Source of the DNA: Macrostomum lignano
Taxonomy: Eukaryota
DNA length: 64,000 bases
Assembly: GCA_002269645.1 (NCBI GenBank)
Contig: NIVC01001493.1
Coordinates: 62,001-126,000, forward strand
Direction of reading: 5' to 3'
Numbering within the stretch: the stretch's first letter is position 1; the number at the start of each line of letters is the position of its first letter. Positions 36,128 through 50,168 of the stretch are shown piece by piece. A program made the position numbers and the translations under genes. The notes below the pieces were generated by a model. It was not told the origin of the DNA and ran no database searches. It worked only from the letters and a program-made list of their open reading frames with translations.

Positions 36128-39100
36128 ATAGAGCTGCCAATCTACTCACTATGGTAGAGCTGCCAATCTACTCACTATGGTAGAGCTGCCAATCTACTCA
36201 CTCAGGTAGAGCTGCCAATCTACTCACTCAGGTAGAACTGCCAATCTACTCACTCAGGTAGAGCTGCCAATCTACTCACTCAGGTAGAGCTGCCAATCTA
36301 CTCACTCAGGTAGAACTGCCAATCTACCATGACTCACTCAGGTAGAACTGCCAATCTACCATGACTCACTCAGGTAGAACTGCCAATCTACCATGACTCA
36401 CTCAGGTAGAACTGCCAATCTACCATGACTCACTCAGGTAGAACTGCCAATCTACCATGACTCACTCAGGTAGAACTGCCAATCTACCATGACTCACTCA
36501 GGTAGAACTGCCAATCTACCATGACTCACTCAGGTAGAACTGCCAATCTACCATGACTCACTCAGGTAGAACTGCCAATCTACCATGACTCACTCAGGTA
36601 GAACTGCCAATCTACCATGACTCACTCAGGTAGAACTGCCAATCTACCATGACTCAATCAGGTAGAACTGCCAATCTACCATGACTCAATCAGGTAGAAC
36701 TACCAATCTACTCACTCAGGTAGAACTGCCATTCTAATATGACTCACTAAGGTAGAACTGTCAATCTACTCACTCAGGTAGAACTGCCAATCTACTCACT
36801 AAGGTAGAACTAATCTAATATGACTCACTAAGGTAGAACTGCCAATCTACCATGACTCACTCAGGTAGAACTACCAATCTACTCACTAAGGTAGAACTGC
36901 CAATCTACCATGACTCAATCAGGTAGAACTACCAATCTACTCACTCAGGTAGATCTGCCAATCCAATATGACTCACTCAGGTAGAACTGCCAATCTATTA
37001 TGACTCACTCAGGTAGAACTGCCAATCTACCATGACTCACTTAGGTAGAACTACCAATCTACTCACTCAGGTAGAACTGCGAATCTAATATGACTCACTA
37101 AGGAAGAACTGCCATTCTAATATGACTCACTCAGGTAGAACTGCCAATCTACCATGACCCACTCGGGTAGAACTGCCATTCTAATATGACTCACTCGGGT
37201 AGAACTGCTAATCTACCATGACTCACACAGGTAGAACTGCCAATCTACCATGACTCACTCGGGTAGAACTGCCAATCTACCATGACTCACACAGGTAGAA
37301 CTGCCAATCTACTATGACTCACTCAGGTAGAACTGCCAATCTATTATGACTCACTCAGGTAGAACTGCCATTCTAATATGACTCACTAAGGTAGAACTGC
37401 CAATCTACCATGACTCACTCAGGTAGAACTACCAATCTACTCACTCAGGTAGAACTACCAATCTATTATGACTCACTCAGGTAGAACTGCCATTCTAATA
37501 TGACTCACACAGGTAGAACTGCCAATCTACCATGACTCACTCAGGTAGAACTACCAATCTACTCACTCAGGTAGAACTGCCAATCTATTATGACTCACTC
37601 AGGTAGAACTGCCATTCTAATATGACTCACACAGGTAGAACTGCCAATCTACCATGACTCACTCGGGTAGAACTGCCAATCTAATATGACTCACTCAGGT
37701 AGAACTGCCAATCTATTATGACTCACTCAGGTAGAACTGCCAATCTATTATGACTCACTCAGGTAGAACTGCCATTCTAATATGACTCACTAAGGTAGAA
37801 CTGCCAATCTATTATGACTCACTCAGGTAGAACTGCCAATCTATTATGACTCACTCAGGTAGAACTGCCATTCTAATATGACTCACTAAGGTAGAACTGC
37901 CAATCTACCATGACTCACTCAGGTAGAACTACCAATCTACTCACTCAGGAAGAACTGCCATTCTAATATGACTCACTCAGGTAGAACTGCCAATCTATTA
38001 TAACTCACTCAGGTAGAACTGCCAATCTATTATGACTCAATCAGGTAGAACTGCCAATCTAATATGACTCACTTAGTTAGAACTACCAATCTATTATGAC
38101 TCACTCAGGTAGAACTGCCAATCTAATATGACTCACTTAGTTAGAACTGCCATTCTAATATGACTCACTAAGGTAGAACTGCCAATCTACCATGACTCAC
38201 TCAGGTAGAACTACCAATCTACTCAATCAGGTAGAACTGCCAATCTACCATGACTCAATCAGGTAGAACTGCCAATCTACCATGACTCACTCAGATAGAA
38301 CTGCCAATCTACCATGACTCACTCAGGTAGAACTGCCAATCTATTATGACTCACTCAGGTAGAACTGCCAATCTATTATGACTCACTCAGGTAGAACTAC
38401 CAATCTACTCACTCAGGAAGAACTGCCAATCTACCATGACTCACTCAGGTAGAACTGCCAATCTAATATGACTCACTCAGGTAGAACTGCCAATCTAATA
38501 TGACTCACTCAGGTAGAACTGCCATTCTAATATGACTCACTCAGGTAGAACTGCGAATCTAATATGACTCACTAAGGAAGAACTGCCATTCTAATATGAC
38601 TCACTCAGGTAGAACTGCCAATCTACCATGACTCACACAGGTAGAACTGCCAATCTACCATGACTCAATCAGGTAGAACTGCCAATCTACCATGACTGAA
38701 TCAGGTAGAACTGCCATTCTAATATGACTCAATCAGGTAGAACTGCCAATCTATTATGACTCACTCAGGTAGAACTGCCAATCTATTATGACTCACTCAG
38801 GTAGAACTGCCATTCTAATATGACTCACTAAGGTAGAACTGCCAATCTACCATGACTCACTCAGGTAGAACTACCAATCTACTCACTCAGGAAGAACTGC
38901 CATTCTAATATGACTCACTCAGGTAGAACTGCCAATCTACCATGACTCACTCAGGTAGAACTGCCAATCTACCATGACTCAATCAGGTAGAACTGCCAAT
39001 CTACCATGACTCAATCAGGTAGAACTGCCATTCTAATATGACTCAATCAGGTAGAACTGCCAATCTATTATGACTCACTCAGGTAGAACTGCCAATCTAT

Positions 39101-42100
39101 TATGACTCACTCAGGTAGAACTGCCATTCTAATATGACTCACTAAGGTAGAACTGCCAATCTACCATGACTCACTCAGGTAGAACTACCAATCTACTCAC
39201 TCAGGAAGAACTGCCATTCTAATATGACTCACTCAGGTAGAACTGCCATTCTAATATGACTCACTCAGGTAGAACTGCCAATCTAATATAACTCACTCAG
39301 GTAGAACTGCCATTCTAATATGACTCACTGAGGTAGAACTGCGAATCTAATATGACTCACTAAGGAAGAACTGCCATTCTAATATGACTCACTAAGGTAG
39401 AACTGCCAATCTACCATGACTCACTCAGGTAGAACTACCAATCTACTCACTCAGGAAGAACTGCCATTCTAATATGACTCACTCAGGTAGAACTGCCAAT
39501 CTATTATAACTCACTCAGGTAGAACTGCCAATCTATTATGACTCAATCAGGTAGAACTGCCAATCTAATATGACTCACTTAGTTAGAACTACCAATCTAT
39601 TATGACTCACTCAGGTAGAACTGCCAATCTAATATGACTCACTTAGTTAGAACTGCCATTCTAATATGACTCACTAAGGTAGAACTGCCAATCTACCATG
39701 ACTCACTCAGGTAGAACTACCAATCTACTCAATCAGGTAGAACTGCCAATCTACCATGACTCAATCAGGTAGAACTGCCAATCTACCATGACTCACTCAG
39801 ATAGAACTGCCAATCTACCATGACTCACTCAGGTAGAACTGCCAATCTATTATGACTCACTCAGGTAGAACTGCCAATCTATTATGACTCACTCAGGTAG
39901 AACTACCAATCTACTCACTCAGGAAGAACTGCCAATCTACCATGACTCACTCAGGTAGAACTGCCAATCTAATATGACTCACTCAGGTAGAACTGCCAAT
40001 CTAATATGACTCACTCAGGTAGAACTGCCATTCTAATATGACTCACTCAGGTAGAACTGCGAATCTAATATGACTCACTAAGGAAGAACTGCCATTCTAA
40101 TATGACTCACTCAGGTAGAACTGCCAATCTACCATGACTCACACAGGTAGAACTGCCAATCTACCATGACTCAATCAGGTAGAACTGCCAATCTACCATG
40201 ACTCAATCAGGTAGAACTGCCATTCTAATATGACTCAATCAGGTAGAACTGCCAATCTATTATGACTCACTCAGGTAGAACTGCCAATCTATTATGACTC
40301 ACTCAGGTAGAACTGCCATTCTAATATGACTCACTAAGGTAGAACTGCCAATCTACCATGACTCACTCAGGTAGAACTACCAATCTACTCACTCAGGAAG
40401 AACTGCCATTCTAATATGACTCACTCAGGTAGAACTGCCAATCTACCATGACTCACTCAGGTAGAACTGCCAATCTACCATGACTCAATCAGGTAGAACT
40501 GCCAATCTACCATGACTCAATCAGGTAGAACTGCCATTCTAATATGACTCAATCAGGTAGAACTGCCAATCTATTATGACTCACTCAGGTAGAACTGCCA
40601 ATCTATTATGACTCACTCAGGTAGAACTGCCATTCTAATATGACTCACTAAGGTAGAACTGCCAATCTACCATGACTCACTCAGGTAGAACTACCAATAT
40701 ACTCACTCAGGAAGAACTGCCATTCTAATATGACTCACTCAGGTAGAACTGCCATTCTAATATGACTCACTCAGGTAGAACTGCCAATCTAATATGACTC
40801 ACTCAGGTAGAACTGCCATTCTAATATGACTCACTGAGGTAGAACTGCGAATCTAATATGACTCACTAAGGAAGAACTGCCATTCTAATATGACTCACTC
40901 AGGTAGAACTGCCAATCTACCATGACTCACTCAGGTAGAACTGCCAATCTACCATGACTCAATCAGGTAGAACTGCCAATCTACCATGACTCAATCAGGT
41001 AGAACTGCCATTCTAATATGACTCAATCAGGTAGAACTGCCAATCTATTATGACTCACTCAGGTAGAACTGCCAATCTATTATGACTCACTAAGGTAGAA
41101 CTGCCAATCTACCATGACTCACTCAGGTAGAACTACCAATCTACTCACTCAGGAAGAACTGCCATTCTAATATGACTCACTCAGGTAGAACTGCCAATCT
41201 ACCATGACTCACTCAGGTAGAACTGCCAATCTACCATGACTCAATCAGGTAGAACTGCCAATCTACCATGACTCAATCAGGTAGAAGTGCCAATCTACCA
41301 TGACTCACTCAGGTAGAACTGCCAATCTATTATGACTCAATCAGGTAGAACTGCCAATCTACCATGACTCAATCAGGTAGAACTGCCATTCTAATATGAC
41401 TCAATCAGGTAGAACTGCCAATCTATTATGACTCACTCAGGTAGAACTGCCAATCTATTATGACTCACTCAGGTAGAACTGCCATTCTAATATGACTCAC
41501 TAAGGTAGAACTGCCAATCTACCATGACTCACTCAGGTAGAACTACCAATCTACTCACTCAGGAAGAACTGCCATTCTAATATGACTCACTCAGGTAGAA
41601 CTGCCATTCTAATATGACTCACTCAGGTAGAACTGCCAATCTAATATGACTCACTCAGGTAGAACTGCCATTCTAATATGACTCACTGAGGTAGAACTGC
41701 GAATCTAATATGACTCACTAAGGAAGAACTGCCATTCTAATATGACTCACTCAGGTAGAACTGCCAATCTACCATGACTCACTCAGGTAGAACTGCCAAT
41801 CTACCATGACTCAATCAGGTAGAACTGCCAATCTACCATGACTCAATCAGGTAGAACTGCCATTCTAATATGACTCAATCAGGTAGAACTGCCAATCTAT
41901 TATGACTCACTCAGGTAGAACTGCCAATCTATTATGACTCACTAAGGTAGAACTGCCAATCTACCATGACTCACTCAGGTAGAACTACCAATCTACTCAC
42001 TCAGGAAGAACTGCCATTCTAATATGACTCACTCAGGTAGAACTGCCATTCTAATATGACTCACTCAGGTAGAACTGCCATTCTAATATGACTCAATCAG

Positions 42101-45100
42101 GTAGAACTGCCAATCTACCATGACTCAATCAGGTAGAACTGCCAATCTACTATGACTCACTCAGATAGATCTGCCAATCTACCATGACTCAATCAGATAG
42201 AACTGCCAATCTACCATGACTCAATCAGGTAGAACTGCCATTCTAATATGACTCACTCAGGTAGAACTGCCAATCTACTCACTCAGGAAGAACTGCCATT
42301 CTAATATGACTCACTCAGGTAGAACTGCCATTCTAATATGACTCACTCAGGTAGAACTGCCAATCTATTATGACTCAATCAGGTAGAACTGCCAATCTAA
42401 TATGACTCACTTAGTTAGAACTACCAATCTATTATGACTCACTCAGGTAGAACTGCCAATCTAATATGACTCACTTAGTTAGAACTGCCATTCTAATATG
42501 ACTCACTAAGGTAGAACTGCCAATCTACCATGACTCACTCAGGTAGAACTACCAATCTACTCAATCAGGTAGAACTGCCAATCTACCATGACTCAATCAG
42601 GTAGAACTGCCAATCTACCATGACTCACTCAGATAGAACTGCCAATCTACCATGACTCACTCAGGTAGAACTGCCAATCTATTATGACTCACTCAGGTAG
42701 AACTGCCAATCTATTATGACTCACTCAGGTAGAACTACCAATCTACTCACTCAGGAAGAACTGCCAATCTACCATGACTCACTCAGGTAGAACTGCCAAT
42801 CTAATATGACTCACTCAGGTAGAACTGCCAATCTAATATGACTCACTCAGGTAGAACTGCCATTCTAATATGACTCACTCAGGTAGAACTGCGAATCTAA
42901 TATGACTCACTAAGGAAGAACTGCCATTCTAATATGACTCACTCAGGTAGAACTGCCAATCTACCATGACTCACACAGGTAGAACTGCCAATCTACCATG
43001 ACTCAATCAGGTAGAACTGCCAATCTACCATGACTCAATCAGGTAGAACTGCCATTCTAATATGACTCAATCAGGTAGAACTGCCAATCTATTATGACTC
43101 ACTCAGGTAGAACTGCCAATCTATTATGACTCACTCAGGTAGAACTGCCATTCTAATATGACTCACTAAGGTAGAACTGCCAATCTACCATGACTCACTC
43201 AGGTAGAACTACCAATCTACTCACTCAGGAAGAACTGCCATTCTAATATGACTCACTCAGGTAGAACTGCCAATCTACCATGACTCACTCAGGTAGAACT
43301 GCCAATCTACCATGACTCAATCAGGTAGAACTGCCAATCTACATGACTCAATCAGGTAGAACTGCCATTCTAATATGACTCAATCAGGTAGAACTGCCAA
43401 TCTATTATGACTCACTCAGGTAGAACTGCCAATCTATTATGACTCACTCAGGTAGAACTGCCATTCTAATATGACTCACTAAGGTAGAACTGCCAATCTA
43501 CCATGACTCACTCAGGTAGAACTACCAATATACTCACTCAGGAAGAACTGCCATTCTAATATGACTCACTCAGGTAGAACTGCCATTCTAATATGACTCA
43601 CTCAGGTAGAACTGCCAATCTAATATGACTCACTCAGGTAGAACTGCCATTCTAATATGACTCACTGAGGTAGAACTGCGAATCTAATATGACTCACTAA
43701 GGAAGAACTGCCATTCTAATATGACTCACTCAGGTAGAACTGCCAATCTACCATGACTCACTCAGGTAGAACTGCCAATCTACCATGACTCAATCAGGTA
43801 GAACTGCCAATCTACCATGACTCAATCAGGTAGAACTGCCATTCTAATATGACTCAATCAGGTAGAACTGCCAATCTATTATGACTCACTCAGGTAGAAC
43901 TGCCAATCTATTATGACTCACTAAGGTAGAACTGCCAATCTACCATGACTCACTCAGGTAGAACTACCAATCTACTCACTCAGGAAGAACTGCCATTCTA
44001 ATATGACTCACTCAGGTAGAACTGCCAATCTACCATGACTCACTCAGGTAGAACTGCCAATCTACCATGACTCAATCAGGTAGAACTGCCAATCTACCAT
44101 GACTCAATCAGGTAGAAGTGCCAATCTACCATGACTCACTCAGGTAGAACTGCCAATCTATTATGACTCAATCAGGTAGAACTGCCAATCTACCATGACT
44201 CAATCAGGTAGAACTGCCATTCTAATATGACTCAATCAGGTAGAACTGCCAATCTATTATGACTCACTCAGGTAGAACTGCCAATCTATTATGACTCACT
44301 CAGGTAGAACTGCCATTCTAATATGACTCACTAAGGTAGAACTGCCAATCTACCATGACTCACTCAGGTAGAACTACCAATCTACTCACTCAGGAAGAAC
44401 TGCCATTCTAATATGACTCACTCAGGTAGAACTGCCATTCTAATATGACTCACTCAGGTAGAACTGCCAATCTAATATGACTCACTCAGGTAGAACTGCC
44501 ATTCTAATATGACTCACTGAGGTAGAACTGCGAATCTAATATGACTCACTAAGGAAGAACTGCCATTCTAATATGACTCACTCAGGTAGAACTGCCAATC
44601 TACCATGACTCACTCAGGTAGAACTGCCAATCTACCATGACTCAATCAGGTAGAACTGCCAATCTACCATGACTCAATCAGGTAGAACTGCCATTCTAAT
44701 ATGACTCAATCAGGTAGAACTGCCAATCTATTATGACTCACTCAGGTAGAACTGCCAATCTATTATGACTCACTAAGGTAGAACTGCCAATCTACCATGA
44801 CTCACTCAGGTAGAACTACCAATCTACTCACTCAGGAAGAACTGCCATTCTAATATGACTCACTCAGGTAGAACTGCCATTCTAATATGACTCACTCAGG
44901 TAGAACTGCCAATCTACCATGACTCAATCAGGTAGAACTGCCAATCTACCATGACTCAATCAGGTAGAACTGCCAATCTACTATGACTCACTCAGATAGA
45001 TCTGCCAATCTACCATGACTCAATCAGATAGAACTGCCAATCTACCATGACTCAATCAGGTAGAACTGCCATTCTAATATGACTCACTCAGGTAGAACTG

Positions 45101-48100
45101 CCAATCTACTCACTCAGGAAGAACTGCCATTCTAATATGACTCACTCAGGTAGAACTGCCATTCTAATATGACTCACTCAGGTAGAACTGCCAATCTATT
45201 ATGACTCAATCAGGTAGAACTGCCAATCTAATATGACTCACTTAGTTAGAACTACCAATCTATTATGACTCACTCAGGTAGAACTGCCAATCTATTATGA
45301 CTCACTCAGGTAGAACTGCCATTCTAATATGACTCACTAAGGTAGAACTGCCAATCTACCATGACTCACTCAGGTAGAACTACCAATCTACTCAATCAGG
45401 TAGAACTGCCAATCTACCATGACTCAATCAGGTAGAACTGCCAATCTACCATGACTCACTCAGATAGAACTGCCAATCTACCATGACTCACTCAGGTAGA
45501 ACTGCCAATCTATTATGACTCACTCAGGTAGAACTGCCAATCTATTATGACTCACTCAGGTAGAACTACCAATCTACTCACTCAGGAAGAACTGCCAATC
45601 TACCATGACTCACTCAGGTAGAACTGCCAATCTAATATGACTCACTCAGGTAGAACTGCCAATCTAATATGACTCACTCAGGTAGAACTGCCATTCTAAT
45701 ATGACTCACTCAGGTAGAACTGCGAATCTAATATGACTCACTAAGGAAGAACTGCCATTCTAATATGACTCACTCAGGTAGAACTGCCAATCTACCATGA
45801 CTCACACAGGTAGAACTGCCAATCTACCATGACTCAATCAGGTAGAACTGCCAATCTACCATGACTCAATCAGGTAGAACTGCCATTCTAATATGACTCA
45901 ATCAGGTAGAACTGCCAATCTATTATGACTCACTCAGGTAGAACTGCCAATCTATTATGACTCACTCAGGTAGAACTGCCATTCTAATATGACTCACTAA
46001 GGTAGAACTGCCAATCTACCATGACTCACTCAGGTAGAACTACCAATCTACTCACTCAGGAAGAACTGCCATTCTAATATGACTCACTCAGGTAGAACTG
46101 CCAATCTACCATGACTCACTCAGGTAGAACTGCCAATCTACCATGACTCAATCAGGTAGAACTGCCAATCTACCATGACTCAATCAGGTAGAACTGCCAT
46201 TCTAATATGACTCAATCAGGTAGAACTGCCAATCTATTATGACTCACTCAGGTAGAACTGCCATTCTAATATGACTCACTAAGGTAGAACTGCCAATCTA
46301 CCATGACTCACTCAGGTAGAACTACCAATATACTCACTCAGGAAGAACTGCCATTCTAATATGACTCACTCAGGTAGAACTGCCATTCTAATATGACTCA
46401 CTCAGGTAGAACTGCCAATCTAATATGACTCACTCAGGTAGAACTGCCATTCTAATATGACTCACTGAGGTAGAACTGCGAATCTAATATGACTCACTAA
46501 GGAAGAACTGCCATTCTAACATGACTCACTCAGGTAGAACTGCCAATCTACCATGACTCACTCAGGTAGAACTGCCAATCTACCATGACTCAATCAGGTA
46601 GAACTGCCAATCTACCATGACTCAATCAGGTAGAACTGCCATTCTAATATGACTCAATCAGGTAGAACTGCCAATCTATTATGACTCACTCAGGTAGAAC
46701 TGCCAATCTATTATGACTCACTAAGGTAGAACTGCCAATCTACCATGACTCACTCAGGTAGAACTACCAATCTACTCACTCAGGAAGAACTGCCATTCTA
46801 ATATGACTCACTCAGGTAGAACTGCCAATCTACCATGACTCACTCAGGTAGAACTGCCAATCTACCATGACTCAATCAGGTAGAACTGCCAATCTACCAT
46901 GACTCAATCAGGTAGAAGTGCCAATCTACCATGACTCACTCAGGTAGAACTGCCAATCTATTATGACTCAATCAGGTAGAACTGCCAATCTACCATGACT
47001 CAATCAGGTAGAACTGCCATTCTAATATGACTCAATCAGGTAGAACTGCCAATCTATTATGACTCACTCAGGTAGAACTGCCAATCTATTATGACTCACT
47101 CAGGTAGAACTGCCATTCTAATATGACTCACTAAGGTAGAACTGCCAATCTACCATGACTCACTCAGGTAGAACTACCAATCTACTCACTCAGGAAGAAC
47201 TGCCATTCTAATATGACTCACTCAGGTAGAACTGCCATTCTAATATGACTCACTCAGGTAGAACTGCCAATCTAATATGACTCACTCAGGTAGAACTGCC
47301 ATTCTAATATGACTCACTGAGGTAGAACTGCGAATCTAATATGACTCACTAAGGAAGAACTGCCATTCTAATATGACTCACTCAGGTAGAACTGCCAATC
47401 TACCATGACTCACTCAGGTAGAACTGCCAATCTACCATGACTCAATCAGGTAGAACTGCCAATCTACCATGACTCAATCAGGTAGAACTGCCATTCTAAT
47501 ATGACTCAATCAGGTAGAACTGCCAATCTATTATGACTCACTCAGGTAGAACTGCCAATCTATTATGACTCACTAAGGTAGAACTGCCAATCTACCATGA
47601 CTCACTCAGGTAGAACTACCAATCTACTCACTCAGGAAGAACTGCCATTCTAATATGACTCACTCAGGTAGAACTGCCATTCTAATATGACTCACTCAGG
47701 TAGAACTGCCAATCTACCATGACTCAATCAGGTAGAACTGCCAATCTACCATGACTCAATCAGGTAGAACTGCCAATCTACTATGACTCACTCAGATAGA
47801 TCTGCCAATCTACCATGACTCAATCAGATAGAACTGCCAATCTACCATGACTCAATCAGGTAGAACTGCCATTCTAATATGACTCACTCAGGTAGAACTG
47901 CCAATCTACTCACTCAGGAAGAACTGCCATTCTAATATGACTCACTCAGGTAGAACTGCCATTCTAATATGACTCACTCAGGTAGAACTGCCAATCTACC
48001 ATGACTCACTCAGGTAGAACTACCAATCTACTCACTCAGGAAGAACTGCCATTCGAATATGACTCACTCAGGTAGAACTGCCATTCTAATATGACTCACT

Positions 48101-48902
48101 CAGGTAGAACTGCCAATCTACCATGACTCAATCAGGTAGAACTGCCAATCTACCATGACTCAATCAGGTAGAACTGCCAATCTACCATGACTCAATCAGG
48201 TAGAACTGCCAATCCACCATGACTCAATCAGGTAGAACTGCCAATCTACCATGACTCAATCAGGTAGAACTGCCAATCTACCATGACTCAATCAGGTAGA
48301 ACTGCCAATCTACCATGACTCAATCAGGTAGAACTGCCAATCCACCATGACTCAATCAGGTAGAACTGCCAATCTACCATGACTCAATCAGGTAGAACTG
48401 CCAATCTACCATGACTCACTCAGGTAGAACTGCCAATCCACCATGACTCAATCAGGTAGAACTGCCAATCTACCATGACTCAATCAGGTAGAAGTGCCAA
48501 TCTACCATGACTCAATCAGGTAGAACTGCCAATCTACCATGACTCAATCAGGTAGAACTGCCAATCTACCATGACTCACTCAGATAGAACTGCCAATCTA
48601 CCATGACTCAATCAGGTAGAACTGCCAATCTACCATGACTCACTCAGGTAGAACTGCCAATCTACCATGACTCAATCAGGTAGAACTGCTAATCTACCAT
48701 GACTCAATCAGGTAGAACTGCCAATCCACCATGACTCAATCAGGTAGAACTGCCAATCTACCATGACTCAATCAGATAGAACTGCCAATCTACCATGACT
48801 CACTCAGGTAGAACTGCCAATCTACCATGACTCAATCAGGTAGAACTGCCAATCTACCATGACTCAATCAGGTAGAACTGCCAATCTACCATGACTCAAT
48901 CA
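36128..48902. repeat. 12.8-kb satellite array, 32-bp monomer (TCAGGTAGAACTGCCAATCTACCATGACTCAC) with 26-bp variants and higher-order repeats
   Basis: Direct periodicity; diagnostic variants recur at spacings of about 1506 and 2800-2832 bp; no ORFs in the track. Confidence 0.97.
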
Positions 48903-49544
48903 GACGCCGATAAATTTTCAGTAAATATGAAAGAAGAACCAGCACAGAATCTCCAACTGCTATTTCATTTAATCATAACATAAAGAACTTTGCTTGTTAG
49001 TAACATGATTCACCACCAAAATATTACTAACCCGAATAGCATGATATTTATTCGTTAGTAAAATTAAATTTTCATTTAAAAACCAAAGGCACGTTGCACA
49101 TATGATCAGAGAAAATCGAATTAACAAAGAAACCGGCAATAAACTGCAGTTGCTTACGCAATACGCTACTAAAAGTAGGCTAGTAGTGAACCTTTTTACA
49201 TAATGCTTTTTACCTGTACAATAACACGAAAGCCAAAAAAACGTAAAAAAAGGTGAGAGAATAAGGACGGATTCAAGTAAAAGAATTATTTAAAATCTTT
49301 GGACGAAGTTCGTTTGCTTGGGCCAAATTGTGTTTTAAAGTGATCGTATACGCTAAAAGTGAACAAAGTACTCGTAGCTACCGACTAAAATAGCTGGACT
49401 GCGCAAGTACATACAGCATACGAAGCGAGTAATGCTGATTGCAGAATCATTTCGGAACGCTTAAACAAGAACTCTTTTTTTATCGGGAGATGGTTAAAGT
49501 CGTAAAACTCTCAAATTAAAAAAAGGTATTCTAGAGGGCTGTCC

Positions 49545-50165
49545 AAAGGACCATGAGGGGAACAGCGGCCCACAGAAAGACCATGAGGGACAGCAGCGGC
49601 CCACAGAAGGACCATTGAGACAGCAACGGCCCACAGAAAAACCATTGAGACAGCAACGGCCCACACAGAAGGACCATTGAGACAGCAGCGGCCCACAGAA
49701 AAACCATTGAGACAGCAACGGCCCACACAGAAGGACCATTGAGACAGCAGCGGCCCACACAGAAAAACCATTGAGACAGCAGCGGCCCACACAGAAGGAC
49801 CATTGAGACAGCAGCGGCCCACACAGAAGGACCATTGAGACAGCAGCGGCCCACACAGAAAAACCATTGAGACAGCAACGGCCCACACAGAAGGACCATT
49901 GAGACAGCAGCGGCCCACACAGAAGGACCATTGAGACAGCAGCGGCCCACACAGAAAAACCATTGAGACAGCAGCGGCCCACACAGAAGGACCATTTAGA
50001 CAGCAGCGGCCCACACAGAAGGACCATTTAGACAGCAACGGCCCACAGAAGAACCATTCAGACAGCAGCGGCCCACAGAAGAACCATTGAGACAGCAGCG
50101 GCCCACAGAAGAACCATTGAGACAGCAGCGGCCCACACAGAAGGACCATTCAGACAGCAGCGGCC
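49545..50165. repeat. 30/32-bp minisatellite (CATTGAGACAGCAGCGGCCCACACAGAAGGAC) just downstream of the CFAP20DC stop
   Basis: Direct periodicity. Confidence 0.92.
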
Positions 50166-50168
50166 AAT

